Of a DNA stretch of 64,000 nt, positions 61,410 through 64,000 are shown one piece after another. The stretch lies in assembly GCF_037042905.1 (NCBI RefSeq), contig NC_087245.1, positions 11,162,001-11,226,000 of the forward strand. The letters are read 5' to 3'. A program made the translations under genes and the position numbers. The notes under the pieces are model-generated. The model worked only from the letters and a program-made list of their open reading frames with translations. It did not search any database and was not told the origin of the DNA. The stretch comes from Lytechinus pictus (lineage: Eukaryota). Within the stretch, counting starts at the first letter, position 1; each line of letters starts with the position of its first letter.

Positions 61410-62560
61410 TTCAATTCAATTCAATTTACTTCGCATTTATTTCAGTTTCGGTTAAAAATATGCACAATACAAAATTTACAAAATTATTAACAAGCTTAAG
61501 TAAAAATGAAAATGAAATGGAGAACTGCAAAAAAAAAAGCCAAGAGGCCTTGTACATGCGCAGTTCCAAAAACCTTATGTATACATTGTAAAGAAATGAC
61601 AAGATAAAATACATGATGTGAACAGAGTATATCAACAGAGACAAAAGAACAAGAAATTACAATTTAGAATAAATAAATGTCTACGCATACTTCAGATACA
61701 GAAACTGCTTCAATCTTTTTTGAAGGAGTAACTGAATTACATTCAATTATATCTTTAGGGGTCGAGTTCCAAATTACAGGGAAAGTGTGTCGTACGGATT
61801 TCATTACATTATTAGTTTTAACAGGCCATAGGTGAAACAAATCTTTAAAACGGGCATTGTGATGGTGGATTTGGTGATTGAGAGTAAATATTTCATGGAC
61901 ATTAAGAGGTAATTTATTCTGAAAAAAAGAAAACCAAGTAGAGCAATAGAGAAATAGAATAAATGGAAAATATTAAGAGACCTAAGCTTTCTAATCAGTG
62001 GGGCAGAGTGAGCATGATAATGACATCCCATGCAAATACCAAGGGCTTTTTCTGCAATTTAAATAATTTGTCTAATTACATTCGATTACAATTTCCCCAA
62101 ACGCAACACAATACTTCAGATGTGAGAGCATGAAAGAATTGTATAGTAATACCAGTGCAGAAGATGGAGGGAATTTTTAATTTGTACAGGATACCAATAT
62201 ACATGTAGATACTTTTTGAGTGATTTTTTGTACATGGGTGTCCCATTGCATATTCATACACCAAAAAACATTATTTACTTTATTAATTGGAATTTTGTCA
62301 ATTTGGAGTAATAAATTATTTAATGAATTAGAAATATAAGACTGCCCATGGCAAAAAAGGGAATATAATTTGTTTTACTAGGACTTTATTTAATAACCTG
62401 TTTGCTTTGAATCATTTCGTTGCTTTATCTAATTCGATATTGATATCATTTTGTAAGGTTGGTTGTATATCAAAGTGGTATCATCGTTAATATAAATTAA
62501 GAACAATAGCGGACCGAGAATAAAACCTTGTGGTACACCATGCGTGATATAGGAGAAGTC
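61410..62560 (-). mobile_element. Decayed L2/Crack-group LINE, RT C-terminal half and tail
   Basis: GVPQGFILGPLLFLIYIND at about 62485-62540, stops and frameshifts, IWNS..KDII near 61750, (TTGAA)n tail near 61410-61425. Confidence 0.82.
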
Positions 62561-62687
62561 TAATGAACTATTATACTAAAAAATACTTATCGGGATCTAT
62601 CAGAAAGATTCAGACAATTCAGACAAGCACATTCGACATCAAAAATAGGAAAATAGGACAATGTGTGCATCCATCCTGCATGACAAT

Positions 62688-63058
62688 GGTTTATTTTCAA
62701 TTGTTCTCATGCGTGTTCGTCCAATTACCAGTTCATCTACTATCGTTTGGTCTACCATCAGTTCTTCCACTATCCACATTGTCTAATTGCCATTTCATCC
62801 ACTCACCACTCCGTCAAATAACCAGTTGGTCCAATTGCCATTTAGTCCTTATATTGGGCAAACTGAATGAAAATAAAATGATTAGACCTCCTGGTTATGA
62901 TGCGAAATTGTTAAAGACGAATTGGGGATTAGACAAAGTGATGATTGGACCAAATGGTTTCTAAATGAAATTTTGATGGACTGAATGGCATTATACTAAA
63001 TGAAGCTAGACCATATGATGAGTAGACGAGTTGACAATAGACGAATTGGCAATTTACC
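62688..63058. mobile_element. Complete Merlin-like MITE with exact 8-bp TSD
   Basis: GG...CC termini (right end reads GGTAAATTGCCAATTCGTCTA); ATGACAAT at 62680-62687 and 63059-63066. Confidence 0.85.
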
Positions 63059-64000
63059 ATGACAATAACTGTAAGGAATATGACTGATATTCATAAGGGT
63101 TAAATCATGTATCAACAGAACAGAACCGTGGATAACGTGAATACACATGTGCAGCAACATATACCGGGTATTTTAAAGTACATATTTTGAGAGATTATAA
63201 AAGGAAATAATTTAAATATCATTGAGTTGTATAAAGAAAGCAAACAAAACAGTAGTGTATTCACTATCTTCAAAAACAGTATGGACAGTACTTCAGAAGA
63301 AGAAACAGAAACCCGGAATGAGTATTCACCAGTGTTTTACAACGCACATGTAGATATCCCGTAACCATGGTAACCAATACTTGAGAGGGTGGCAAAGTGC
63401 TTGGAAGATCCGGAATTAAAGCTCAGAAACAAAACGCGACAATAACTTTGATGAATACCAATTAACTGCAAAGAATTTAGTGTCACTGATTGCAGTGTGT
63501 TCACATAGTGAACTTTTTGAAGATGTAATTCACACTGTTTGAATGCTCAAATTTAACAGTGTGAAAGTGTTTTCTGATTGCGTTTCACACTATGACTACA
63601 AGGCGAGACACACTGCAAATGGAAAAAAAAAGAGTTTTTGTTTCTGTTCGGGTAACTCCCGTAGGGAGTAGAAAGGACAGTTTTTTTGCTGGTAATCGCC
63701 AAGCTTGTATAGAATTAATTACGTTGGAAATATGTCATGGACCTGGGAAGCGGGGGTGCTGGGGGTGCTGGGGGTGCTGCGTGTATTATTTTCCATAGGC
63801 AGCACGAAATCAGGTTTTCTTTGTATTTTTTTAAATATATGTTATAATGTACATAATTATCACATCCGACAATCGCAAATCATTTACATAGTCTTTAACA
63901 TATTCCAATAACATCCCTCCTATAACGCGACTCAATCAAGCTCCGGCACTCCGATACAGACGTGGTCACGCGCAATACGTGATAAACATAGTTTACACAC

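Overview
AT-rich, intron- and repeat-dense animal genomic DNA. It is not prokaryotic, and the SINE/MITE/LINE content suggests an echinoderm such as a sea urchin (inference). Almost all ORF-track entries are spurious or exon fragments. By following GT-AG sites and codon phases by hand I reconstruct three spliced genes, all on the minus strand. (1) A type II transmembrane serine protease (12 coding exons in the window, 19781->1317, continuing past position 1) with the unusual order cytoplasmic tail-TM-SEA-Thr-rich stalk-LDLa-Frizzled CRD-trypsin domain. (2, 3) A tandem pair of MS4A/CD20-like four-TM genes (A: 31667->24897, 286 aa; B: 53624->48486, 269 aa) with identical exon phases. Their cytoplasmic-tail DNA is nearly identical while TM and loop exons are strongly diverged, and they share short motifs around putative non-coding first exons. 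Introns and spacers hold many non-autonomous DNA transposons (Kolobok-, hAT-, Tc1-, Merlin-, Harbinger- and Ginger-like, several nested with readable TSDs), tRNA-derived SINEs, L2/CR1 LINE remnants, and a Penelope-like remnant with a degenerate minimal hammerhead ribozyme fold. Superfamily names rest on termini and TSD signatures only; no database search was possible.
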